NCBI GenBank assembly: GCA_964276515.1
Contig: OZ193910.1
Span: 8,246,001 to 8,310,000 of the forward strand
Reading direction: 5' to 3'
Source: Gordius albopunctatus
Taxonomy: Eukaryota
Length of the DNA stretch: 64,000 nucleotides
Shown here: positions 25,001-38,400 of the stretch, one piece after another
How positions within the stretch are numbered: position 1 is the stretch's first letter
Layout of the letters: every line of letters starts with the position of its first letter
Program-made: the position numbers and the translations under genes
The notes under the pieces: generated by a model
Databases searched by the model: none
The model's input: only the letters and a program-made list of their open reading frames with translations
Told to the model about the DNA's origin: nothing

Positions 25001-27365
25001 CTTCTTATAAGGAGTCGATCGAGATTAATAGGGTTCTCAAATCAGCTTACTTTTATATATTTTTTCAAGCTCTTTTACATAAAATAACAAAAAATATATT
25101 GTTCAGGTTAAAATAATTCACAATTTTTTCCTTTCGGCCATATTCAACCGATGAAAGTTGTTATTTTCAGACGTGATTTCCATGATAAAAAGTCAAAATT
25201 TATCAGAATTAGAGAACTGTTACTTTTAAATCATCATCGCATAGAGCATGTTTCAAAAATTAAGCACTAACGTTGCGATACAACAAACTAATCGCAACAA
25301 GATAACGTTGTCTTTTCGCAAAATGATAGTTCTCGCAGCTTGAAACATCTTATAAGGAGTCGATCGAGAATAATAGGATTCTCAAATTAGCTTACTTTTA
25401 TATATTTTATCAAGCTCTTTTACATAAAATAACAAAAAATATATTTTTTAGGTTAAAATAATTCACAATTTTTTCCTTTCAACCATATTCAACCGATAAA
25501 TGTTGTTATTTTCAGACGTGATTTCCATGATAAAAAGTCAAAATTTATCAGAATTAGAGAACTGTTACTTTTAAATCATCATCGCATAGAGCATGTTTTA
25601 AAAATTAAGCACTAACGTTGCGATACAACAAACTAATCGCAACAAAATAACGTTGTCTTTTCTCAAAATGATTGTTCTCGCAGCCTAAAACTTCTTTCTT
25701 AAGTCAATCGAGCATAAAAGGTTTCTCAAATTGGCTTACTTTAATATATTTTTTCAAGCTCTTTTACATAAAATAACAAAAAATATATTTTTTCAGGATA
25801 AAATAATTCACAATTTTTTCCTTCAACCATATTCAACCGATGAAAGTTGTTATTTTCAGACGTGATTTCCATGATAAAAAGTCAAAATTTATCAGAATTA
25901 GAGAACTGTTACTTTTAAATCATCATCGCATAGAGCATGTTTCAAAAATTAAGCACTAACGTTGCGATACAACAAACTAATCGCAACAAAATAACGTTGT
26001 CTTTTCTCAAAATGATTGTTCTCGCAGCTTAAAACTTCTTTCTTAAGTCAATCGAGCATAAAAGGTTTCTCAAATTGGCTTACTTTAATATATTTTTTCA
26101 AGCTCTTTTACATAAAATAACAAAAAATATATTTTTTCAGGATAAAATAATTCACAATTTTTTCCTTCAACCATATTCAACCGATGAAAGTTGTTATTTT
26201 CAGACGTGATTTCCATGATAAAAAGTTAAAATTTATCAGAATTAGAGAACCATTACTTTTAAATCATCATCGCATAGAGCATGTTTCAAAAATTAAGCAC
26301 TAACGTTGCGATACAACTAACTAATCGCAACAATATAACGTTGTCTTTTCTCAAAATGATTGTTCTCGCAGCTTAAAACTTCTTATAAGGAGTCGATCGA
26401 GATTAATAGGATTCTCAAATCAGCTTACTTTTATATATTTTTTCAAGCTCTTTTACATAAAATAACAAAAAATATATTGTTCAGGTTAAAATAATTCACA
26501 ATTTTTTCCTTTCGGCCATATTCAACCGATGAAAGTTGTTATTTTCAGACGTGATTTCCATGATAAAAAGTCAAAATTTATCAGAATTAGAGAACCATTA
26601 CTTTTAAATCATCATCCGCATAGAGCATGTTTCAAAAATTAAGCACTAACGTTGCGATACAACTAACTAATCGCAACAAAATAACGTTGTCTTTTCTCAA
26701 AATGATTGTTCTCGCAGCTTAAAACTTCTTTCTTAAGTCAATCGAGCATAAAAGGTTTCTCAAATTGGCTTACTTTAATATATTTTTTCAAGCTCTTTTA
26801 CATAAAATAACAAAAAATATATTTTTTCAGGATAAAATAATTCACAATTTTTTCCTTCAACCATATTCAACCGATGAAAGTTGTTATTTTCAGACGTGAT
26901 TTCCATGATAAAAAGTCAAAATTTATCAGAATTAGAGAACTGTTACTTTTAAATCATCATCGCATAGAGCATGTTTCAAAAATTAAGCACTAACGTTGCG
27001 ATACAACAAACTAATCGCAACAAAATAACGTTGTCTTTTCTCAAAATGATTGTTCTCGCAGCTTAAAACTTCTTTCTTAAGTCAATCGAGATTAATAGGA
27101 TTCTCAAATGAGCTTACTTTTATATATTTTTTCAAGCTCTTTTACATAAAATAACAAAATAAATTTTTTTTCAGGATAAAATAATTCACAATTTTTTCCT
27201 TTCAACCATATTCAACCGATAAAAGTTGTTATTTTCAGACGTGATTTCCATGATAAAAAGTTAAAATTTATCAGAATTAGAGAACCATTACTTTTAAATC
27301 ATCATCGCATAGAGCATGTTTCAAAAATTAAGCACTAACGTTGCGATACAACTAACTAATCGCAA
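22065..27365. repeat. 8-monomer tandem duplication, 2757-bp period
   Basis: ccacga at 22078 and 24835, with the same order of monomer subtypes following each. Confidence 0.8.
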
Positions 27366-28610
27366 CAAAATAACGTTGTCTTTTCTCAAAATGATTGTTC
27401 TCGCAGCTTAAAACTTCTTTCTTAAGTCAATCGAGCATAAAAGGTTTCTCAAATTGGCTTACTTTAATATATTTTTTCAAGCTCTTTTACATAAAATAAC
27501 AAAAAATATATTTTTTCAGGATAAAATAATTCACAATTTTTTCCTTCAACCATATTCAACCGATGAAAGTTGTTATTTTCAGACGTGATTTCCATGATAA
27601 AAAGTCAAAATTTATCAGAATTAGAGAACTGTTACTTTTAAATCATCATCGCATAGAGCATGTTTCAAAAATTAAGCACTAACGTTGCGATACAACAAAC
27701 TAATCGCAACAAAATAACGTTGTCTTTTCTCAAAATGATTGTTCTCGCAGCTTAAAACTTCTTTCTTAAGTCAATCGAGATTAATAGGATTCTCAAATGA
27801 GCTTACTTTTATATATTTTTTCAAGCTCTTTTACATAAAATAACAAAATAAATTTTTTTTCAGGATAAAATAATTCACAATTTTTTCCTTTCAACCATAT
27901 TCAACCGATAAAAGTTGTTATTTTCAGACGTGATTTCCATGATAAAAAGTTAAAATTTATCAGAATTAGAGAACCATTACTTTTAAATCATCATCGCATA
28001 GAGCATGTTTCAAAAATTAAGCACTAACGTTGCGATACAACTAACTAATCGCAACAATATAACGTTGTCTTTTCTCAAAATGATTGTTCTCGCAGCTTAA
28101 AACTTCTTTCTTAAGTCAATCGAGCATAAAAGTTTCTCAAATTGGCTTACTTTAATATATTTTTTCAAGCTCTTTTACATAAAATAACAAAAAATATATT
28201 TTTTCAGGATAAAATAATTCACAATTTTTTCCTTCAACCATATTCAACCGATGAAAGTTGTTATTTTCAGACGTGATTTCCATGATAAAAAGTCAAAATT
28301 TATCAGAATTAGAGAACTGTTACTTTTAAATCATCATCGCATAGAGCATGTTTCAAAAATTAAGCACTAACGTTGCGATACAACAAACTAATCGCAACAA
28401 AATAACGTTGTCTTTTCTCAAAATGATTGTTCTCGCAGCTTAAAACTTCTTTCTTAAGTCAATCGAGATTAATAGGATTCTCAAATGAGCTTACTTTTAT
28501 ATATTTTTTCAAGCTCTTTTACATAAAATAACAAAATAAATTTTTTTTCAGGATAAAATAATTCACAATTTTTTCCTTTCAACCATATTCAACCGATAAA
28601 AGTTGTTATT
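26544..28610. repeat. 2-monomer higher-order repeat, ~689-bp period, 3 copies
   Basis: Pairs start at 26544, 27234 and 27923. Each is a B-allele monomer followed by the recombinant tcttaagtcaatcgagattaatagg monomer. Confidence 0.8.
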
Positions 28611-31600
28611 TTCAGACGTGATTTCCATGATAAAAAGTTAAAATTTATCAGAATTAGAGAACCATTACTTTTAAATCATCATCGCATAGAGCATGTTTCA
28701 AAAATTAAGCACTAACGTTGCGATACAACTAACTAATCGCAACAATATAACGTTGTATTTTCTCAAAATGATTGTTCTCGCAGCTTAAAACTTCTTTCTG
28801 AAGTCAATCGAGGATAAAAGGTTTCTCAAATCAGCTTACTTTTATATATTTTTTCAAGCTCTTTTACATAAAATAACAAAATAAATTTTTTTTCAGGTTA
28901 AAATAATTCACAATTTTTTCATTTCGGCCATATTCAACCGATGAAAGTTGTTATTTTCAGACGTGATTTCCACGATAAAAAGTCAAAATTTATCAGAATT
29001 AGAGAACCATTAGATTTAAATCATAATCGCATAGAGCATGTTTCAAAAATTAAGCACTAACGTTGCGATACAACTAACTAATCGCAACAATATAACGTTG
29101 TCTTTTCTCAAAATGATTGTTCTCGCAGCTTAAAACTTCTTATAAGGAGTCGATCGAGATTAATAGGATTCTCAAATCAGCTTACTTTTATATATTTTTT
29201 CAAGCTCTTTTACATAAAATAACAAAAAATATATTTTTCAGGTTTAAATAATTCACAATTTTTTCCTTTCAACCATATTCAACCGATGAAAGTTGTTATT
29301 TTCAGACGTGATTTCCATGATAAAAAGTTAAAATTTATCAGAATTAGAGAACCATTACTTTTAAATCATCATCGCATAGAGCATGTTTCAAAAATTAAGC
29401 ACTAACGTTGCGATACAACTAACTAATCGCAACAATATAACGTTGTCTTTTCTCAAAATGATTGTTCTCGCAGCTTAAAACTTCTTATAAGGAGTCGATC
29501 GAGATTAATAGGATTCTCAAATCAGCTTACTTTTATATATTTTTTCAAGCTCTTTTACATAAAATAACAAAAAATATATTGTTCAGGTTAAAATAATTCA
29601 CAATTTTTTCCTTTCGGCCATATTCAACCGATGAAAGTTGTTATTTTCAGACGTGATTTCCATGATAAAAAGTCAAAATTTATCAGAATTAGAGAACCAT
29701 TACTTTTAAATCATCATCGCATAGAGCATGTTTCAAAAATTAAGCACTAACGTTGCGATACAACTAACTAATCGCAACAAAATAACGTTGTCTTTTCTCA
29801 AAATGATTGTTCTCGCAGCTTAATACTTCTTTCTTAAGTCAATCGAGCATAAAAGGTTTCTCAAATTGGCTTACTTTAATATATTTTTTCAAGCTCTTTT
29901 ACATAAAATAACAAAAAATATATTTTTTCAGGATAAAATAATTCACAATTTTTTCCTTCAACCATATTCAACCGATGAAAGTTGTTATTTTCAGACGTGA
30001 TTTCCATGATAAAAAGTCAAAATTTATCAGAATTAGAGAACCATTACTTTTAAATCATCATCGCATAGAGCATGTTTCAAAAATTAAGCACTAACGTTGC
30101 GATACAACTAACTAATCGAAACAATATAACGTTGTATTTTCTCAAAATGATTGTTCTCGCAGCTTAAAACTTCTTTCTGAAGTCAATCGAGGATAAAAGG
30201 TTTCTCAAATCAGCTTACTTTAATATATTTTTTCAAGCTCTTTTACATAAAATAACAAAAAATATATTTTTTCAGGATAAAATACTTCACAATTTTTTCC
30301 TTCAACCATATTCAATCGATGAAAGTTGTTATTTTCAGACGTGATTTCCATGATAAAAAGTTAAAATTTATCAGAATTAGAGAACCATTACTTTTAAATC
30401 ATCATCGCATAGAGCATGTTTCAAAAATTAAGCACTAACGTTGCGATACAACTAACTAATCGCAACAATATAACGTTGTCTTTTCTCAAAATGATTGTTC
30501 TCGCAGCTTAAAACTTCTTATAAGGAGTCGATCGAGATTAATAGGATTCTCAAATCAGCTTACTTTTATATATTTTTTCAAGCTCTTTTACATAAAATAA
30601 CAAAAAATATATTGTTCAGGTTAAAATAATTCACAATTTTTTCCTTTCGGCCATATTCAACCGATGAAAGTTGTTATTTTCAGACGTGATTTCCATGATA
30701 AAAAGTCAAAATTTATCAGAATTAGAGAACCATTACTTTTAAATCATCATCGCATAGAGCATGTTTCAAAAATTAAGCACTAACGTTGCGATACAACTAA
30801 CTAATCGCAACAAAATAACGTTGTCTTTTCTCAAAATGATTGTTCTCGCAGCTTAAAACTTCTTTCTTAAGTCAATCGAGCATAAAAGGTTTCTCAAATT
30901 GGCTTACTTTAATATATTTTTTCAAGCTCTTTTACATAAAATAACAAAAAATATATTTTTTCAGGATAAAATAATTCACAATTTTTTCCTTCAACCATAT
31001 TCAACCGATGAAAGTTGTTATTTTCAGACCTGATTTCCATGATAAAAAGTCAAAATTTATCAGAATTAGAGAACTGTTACTTTTAAATCATCATCGCATA
31101 GAGCATGTTTCAAAAATTAAGCACTAACGTTGCGATACAACAAACTAATCGCAACAAAATAACGTTGTCTTTTCTCAAAATGATTGTTCTCGCAGCTTAA
31201 AACTTCTTTCTTAAGTCAATCGAGATTAATAGGATTCTCAAATGAGCTTACTTTTATATATTTTTTCAAGCTCTTTTACATAAAATAACAAAATAAATTT
31301 TTTTTCAGGATAAAATAATTCACAATTTTTTCCTTTCAACCATATTCAACCGATAAAAGTTGTTATTTTCAGACGTGATTTCCATGATAAAAAGTTAAAA
31401 TTTATCAGAATTAGAGAACCATTACTTTTAAAATGATCATCGCATAGAGCATGTTTCAAAAATTAAGCACTAACGTTGCGATACAACTAACTAATCGCAA
31501 CAATATAACGTTGTATTTTCTCAAAATGATTGTTCTCGCAGCTTAAAACTTCTTTCTGAAGTCAATCGAGGATAAAAGGTTTCTCAAATCAGCTTACTTT

Positions 31601-34600
31601 TATATATTTTTTCAAGCTCTTTTACATAAAATAACAAAATAAATTTTTTTTCAGGTTAAAATAATTCACAATTTTTTCATTTCGGCCATATTCAACCGAT
31701 GAAAGTTGTTATTATCAGACGTGATTTCCACGATAAAAAGTCAAAATTTATCAGAATTAGAGAACCATTAGATTTAAATCATCATCGCATAGAGCATGTT
31801 TCAAAAATTAAGCACTAACGTTGCTATACAACTAACTAATCGCAACAATATAACGTTGTCTTTTCTCAAAATGATTGTTCTCGCAGCTTAAAACTTCTTA
31901 TAAGGAGTCGATCGAGATTAATAGGATTCTCAAATCAGCTTACTTTTATATATTTTTTCAAGCTCTTTTACATAAAATAACAAAAAATATATTGTTCAGG
32001 TTAAAATAATTCACAATTTTTTCCTTTCGGCCATATTCAACCGATGAAAGTTGTTATTTTCAGACGTGATTTCCATGATAAAAAGTCAAAATTTATCAGA
32101 ATTAGAGAACTGTTACTTTTAAATCATCATCGCATAGAGCATGTTTCAAAAATTAAGCACTAACGTTGCGATACAACAAACTAATCGCAACAAGATAACG
32201 TTGTCTTTTCGCAAAATGATAGTTCTCGCAGCTTGAAACATCTTATAAGGAGTCGATCGAGAATAATAGGATTCTCAAATTAGCTTACTTTTATATATTT
32301 TTTCAAGCTCTTTTACATAAAATAACAAAAAATATATTTTTTCAGGATAAAATAATTCACAATTTTTTCCTTTCAACCATATTACACTGATGAAAGTTGT
32401 TATTTTCAGACGTGATTTCCATGATAAAAAGTTAAAATTTATCAGAATTAGAGAACCATTACTTTTAAATCATCATCGCATAGAGCATGTTTCAAAAATT
32501 AAGCACTAACGTTGCGATACAACTAACTAATCGCAACAATATAACGTTGTATTTTCTCAAAATGATTGTTCTCGCAGCTTAAAACTTCTTATAAGGAGTC
32601 GATCGAGATTAATAGGATTCTCAAATGAGCTTACTTTTATATATTTTTTCAAGCTCTTTTACATAAAATAACAAAAAATATATTTTTTCAGGTTATAATA
32701 ATTCACAATTTTTTCCTTTCAACCATATTCAACCGATGAAAGTTGTTATTTTCAGACGTGATTTCCATGATAAAAAGTTAAAATTTATCAGAATTAGAGA
32801 ACTATTACTTTTAAATCATCATCGCATAGAGCATGTTTCAAAAATTAAGCACTAACGTTGCGATACAACAAACTAATCGCAACAAGATAACGTTGTCTTT
32901 TCGCAAAATGATAGTTCTCGCAGCTTGAAACATCTTATAAGGAGTCGATCGAGAATAATAGGATTCTCAAATTAGCTTACTTTTATATATTTTATCAAGC
33001 TCTTTTACATAAAATAACAAAAAATATATTTTTTAGGTTAAAATAATTCACAATTTTTTCCTTTCAACCATATTCAACCGATAAATGTTGTTATTTTTAG
33101 ACGTGATTTCCATGATAAAAAGTCAAAATTTATCAGAATTAGAGAACTGTTACTTTTAAATCATCATCGCATAGAGCATGTTTCAAAAATTAAGGACTAA
33201 CGTTGCGATACAACAAACTAATCGCAACAAAATAACGTTGTCTTTTCTCAAAATGATTGTTCTCGCAGCTTAAAACTTCTTTCTTAAGTCAATCGAGCAT
33301 AAAAGGTTTCTCAAATTAGCTTACTTTTATATATTTTATCAAGCTCTTTTACATAAAATAACAAAAAATATATTTTTTAGGTTAAAATAATTCACAATTT
33401 TTTCCTTTCAACCATATTCAACCGATAAAAGTTGTTATTTTCAGACGTGATTTCATGATAAAAAGTTAAAATTTATCAGAATTAGAGAACCATTACTTTT
33501 AAATCATCATCGCATAGAGCATGTTTCAAAAATTAAGCACTAACGTTGCGATACAACTAACTAATCGAAACAATATAACGTTGTATTTTCTCAAAAAGAT
33601 TGTTCTCGCAGCTTAAAACTTCTTTCTGAAGTCGATCGAGATTAATAGGATTCTCAAATGAGCTTACTTTTATATATTTTTTCAAGCTCTTTTACATAAA
33701 ATAACAAAATAAATTTTTTTTCAGGTTAAAATAATTCACAATTTTTTCATTTCGGCCATATTCAACCGATGAAAGTTGTTATTTTCAGACGTGATTTCCA
33801 CGATAAAAAGTCAAAATTTATCAGAATTAGAGAACCATTAGATTTAAATCATCATCGCATAGAGCATGTTTCAAAAATTAAGCACTAACGTTGCGATACA
33901 ACTAACTAATCGCAACAATATAACGTTGTCTTTTCTCAAAATGATTGTTCTCGCAGCTTAAAACTTCTTATAAGGAGTCGATCGAGATTAATAGGATTCT
34001 CAAATCAGCTTACTTTTATATATTTTTTCAAGCTCTTTTACATAAAATAACAAAAAATATATTGTTCAGGTTAAAATAATTCACAATTTTTTCCTTTCGG
34101 CCATATTCAACCGATGAAAGTTGTTATTTTCAGACGTGATTTCCATGATAAAAAGTCAAAATTTATCAGAATTAGAGAACTGTTACTTTTAAATCATCAT
34201 CGCATAGAGCATGTTTCAAAAATTAAGCACTAACGTTGCGATACAACAAACTAATCGCAACAAGATAACGTTGTCTTTTCGCAAAATGATAGTTCTCGCA
34301 GCTTGAAACATCTTATAAGGAGTCGATCGAGAATAATAGGATTCTCAAATTAGCTTACTTTTATATATTTTATCAAGCTCTTTTACATAAAATAACAAAA
34401 AATATATTTTTTAGGTTAAAATAATTCACAATTTTTTCCTTTCAACCATATTCAACCGATAAATGTTGTTATTTTCAGACGTGATTTCCATGATAAAAAG
34501 TCAAAATTTATCAGAATTAGAGAACTGTTACTTTTAAATCATCATCGCATAGAGCATGTTTTAAAAATTAAGCACTAACGTTGCGATACAACAAACTAAT

Positions 34601-35442
34601 CGCAACAAAATAACGTTGTCTTTTCTCAAAATGATTGTTCTCGCAGCTTAAAACTTCTTTCTTAAGTCAATCGAGCATAAAAGGTTTCTCAAATTGGCTT
34701 ACTTTAATATATTTTTTCAAGCTCTTTTACATAAAATAACAAAAAATATATTTTTTCAGGATAAAATAATTCACAATTTTTTCCTTCAACCATATTCAAC
34801 CGATGAAAGTTGTTATTTTCAGACGTGATTTCCATGATAAAAAGTCAAAATTTATCAGAATTAGAGAACTGTTACTTTTAAATCATCATCGCATAGAGCA
34901 TGTTTCAAAAATTAAGCACTAACGTTGCGATACAACAAACTAATCGCAACAAAATAACGTTGTCTTTTCTCAAAATGATTGTTCTCGCAGCTTAAAACTT
35001 CTTTCTTAAGTCAATCGAGCATAAAAGGTTTCTCAAATTGGCTTACTTTAATATATTTTTTCAAGCTCTTTTACATAAAATAACAAAAAATATATTTTTC
35101 CAGGATAAAATAATTCACAATTTTTTCCTTCAACCATATTCAACCGATGAAAGTTGTTATTTTCAGACGTGATTTCCATGATAAAAAGTTAAAATTTATC
35201 AGAATTAGAGAACCATTACTTTTAAATCATCATCGCATAGAGCATGTTTCAAAAATTAAGCACTAACGTTGCGATACAACTAACTAATCGCAACAATATA
35301 ACGTTGTCTTTTCTCAAAATGATTGTTCTCGCAGCTTAAAACTTCTTATAAGGAGTCGATCGAGATTAATAGGATTCTCAAATCAGCTTACTTTTATATA
35401 TTTTTTCAAGCTCTTTTACATAAAATAACAAAAAATATATTG

Positions 35443-38400
35443 TTCAGGTTAAAATAATTCACAATTTTTTCCTTTCGGCCATATTCAACCGATGAAAGTT
35501 GTTATTTTCAGACGTGATTTCCATGATAAAAAGTCAAAATTTATCAGAATTAGAGAACCATTACTTTTAAATCATCATCGCATAGAGCATGTTTCAAAAA
35601 TTAAGCACTAACGTTGCGATACAACTAACTAATCGCAACAAAATAACGTTGTCTTTTCTCAAAATGATTGTTCTCGCAGCTTAAAACTTCTTTCTTAAGT
35701 CAATCGAGCATAAAAGGTTTCTCAAATTGGCTTACTTTAATATATTTTTTCAAGCTCTTTTACATAAAATAACAAAAAATATATTTTTTCAGGATAAAAT
35801 AATTCACAATTTTTTCCTTCAACCATATTCAACCGATGAAAGTTGTTATTTTCAGACGTGATTTCCATGATAAAAAGTCAAAATTTATCAGAATTAGAGA
35901 ACTGTTACTTTTAAATCATCATCGCATAGAGCATGTTTCAAAAATTAAGCACTAACGTTGCGATACAACAAACTAATCGCAACAAAATAACGTTGTCTTT
36001 TCTCAAAATGATTGTTCTCGCAGCTTAAAACTTCTTTCTTAAGTCAATCGAGATTAATAGGATTCTCAAATGAGCTTACTTTTATATATTTTTTCAAGCT
36101 CTTTTACATAAAATAACAAAATAAATTTTTTTTCAGGATAAAATAATTCACAATTTTTTCCTTTCAACCATATTCAACCGATAAAAGTTGTTATTTTCAG
36201 ACGTGATTTCCATGATAAAAAGTTAAAATTTATCAGAATTAGAGAACCATTACTTTTAAATCATCATCGCATAGAGCATGTTTCAAAAATTAAGCACTAA
36301 CGTTGCGATACAACTAACTAATCGCAACAATATAACGTTGTATTTTCTCAAAATGATTGTTCTCGCAGCTTAAAACTTCTTTCTGAAGTCAATCGAGGAT
36401 AAAAGGTTTCTCAAATCAGCTTACTTTTATATATTTTTTCAAGCTCTTTTACATAAAATAACAAAATAAATTTTTTTTCAGGTTAAAATAATTCACAATT
36501 TTTTCATTTCGGCCATATTCAACCGATGAAAGTTGTTATTTTCAGACGTGATTTCCACGATAAAAAGTCAAAATTTATCAGAATTAGAGAACCATTAGAT
36601 TTAAATCATAATCGCATAGAGCATGTTTCAAAAATTAAGCACTAACGTTGCGATACAACTAACTAATCGCAACAATATAACGTTGTCTTTTCTCAAAATG
36701 ATTGTTCTCGCAGCTTAAAACTTCTTATAAGGAGTCGATCGAGATTAATAGGATTCTCAAATCAGCTTACTTTTATATATTTTTTCAAGCTCTTTTACAT
36801 AAAATAACAAAAAATATATTTTTCAGGTTTAAATAATTCACAATTTTTTCCTTTCAACCATATTCAACCGATGAAAGTTGTTATTTTCAGACGTGATTTC
36901 CATGATAAAAAGTTAAAATTTATCAGAATTAGAGAACCATTACTTTTAAATCATCATCGCATAGAGCATGTTTCAAAAATTAAGCACTAACGTTGCGATA
37001 CAACTAACTAATCGCAACAATATAACGTTGTCTTTTCTCAAAATGATTGTTCTCGCAGCTTAAAACTTCTTATAAGGAGTCGATCGAGATTAATAGGATT
37101 CTCAAATCAGCTTACTTTTATATATTTTTTCAAGCTCTTTTACATAAAATAACAAAAAATATATTGTTCAGGTTAAAATAATTCACAATTTTTTCCTTTC
37201 GGCCATATTCAACCGATGAAAGTTGTTATTTTCAGACGTGATTTCCATGATAAAAAGTCAAAATTTATCAGAATTAGAGAACCATTACTTTTAAATCATC
37301 ATCGCATAGAGCATGTTTCAAAAATTAAGCACTAACGTTGCGATACAACTAACTAATCGCAACAAAATAACGTTGTCTTTTCTCAAAATGATTGTTCTCG
37401 CAGCTTAATACTTCTTTCTTAAGTCAATCGAGCATAAAAGGTTTCTCAAATTGGCTTACTTTAATATATTTTTTCAAGCTCTTTTACATAAAATAACAAA
37501 AAATATATTTTTTCAGGATAAAATAATTCACAATTTTTTCCTTCAACCATATTCAACCGATGAAAGTTGTTATTTTCAGACGTGATTTCCATGATAAAAA
37601 GTCAAAATTTATCAGAATTAGAGAACTGTTACTTTTAAATCATCATCGCATAGAGCATGTTTCAAAAATTAAGCACTAACGTTGCGATACAACAAACTAA
37701 TCGCAACAAAATAACGTTGTCTTTTCTCAAAATGATTGTTCTCGCAGCTTAAAACTTCTTTCTTAAGTCAATCGAGCATAAAAGGTTTCTCAAATTAGCT
37801 TACTTTTATATATTTTATCAAGCTCTTTTACATAAAATAACAAAAAATATATTTTTTAGGTTAAAATAATTCACAATTTTTTCCTTTCAACCATATTCAA
37901 CCGATAAAAGTTGTTATTTTCAGACGTGATTGCCATGATAAAAAGTTAAAATTTATCAGAATTAGAGAACCATTACTTTTAAATCATCATCGCATAGAGC
38001 ATGTTTCAAAAATTAAGCACTAACGTTGCGATACAACTAACTAATCGAAACAATATAACGTTGTATTTTCTCAAAATGATTGTTCTCGCAGCTTAAAACT
38101 TCTTTCTGAAGTCAATCGAGGATAAAAGGTTTCTCAAATCAGCTTACTTTTATATATTTTTTCAAGCTCTTTTACATAAAATAACAAAAAATATATTTTT
38201 CAGGTTTAAATAATTCACAATTTTTTCCTTTCAACCATATTCAACCGATGAAAGTTGTTATTTTCAGACGTGATTTCCATGATAAAAAGTTAAAATTTAT
38301 CAGAATTAGAGAACCATTACTTTTAAATCATCATCGCATAGAGCATGTTTCAAAAATTAAGCACTAACGTTGCGATACAACTAACTAATCGCAACAATAT

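Larger units (their letters stand above)
18493..37620. repeat. Large segmental duplication: copy 1 ~18493-30212 (34 monomers), copy 2 ~30213-37620 (12 monomers shorter)
   Basis: Private markers at 11720-bp offset: aaatgatcat 19711/31431, attatcagac 19991/31711, ttgctataca 20101/31821, attacactga 20661/32381, tttcatgata 21731/33451. Later markers are at 7585-bp offset: tcataat 29021/36606, taatacttc 29821/37406. Confidence 0.88.

Noticed and set aside
26611..26620. Singleton +C insertion (atcatccgca) and similar one-off changes
   Set aside because: It occurs once and is absent from paralogous copies, so it cannot be distinguished from consensus error.
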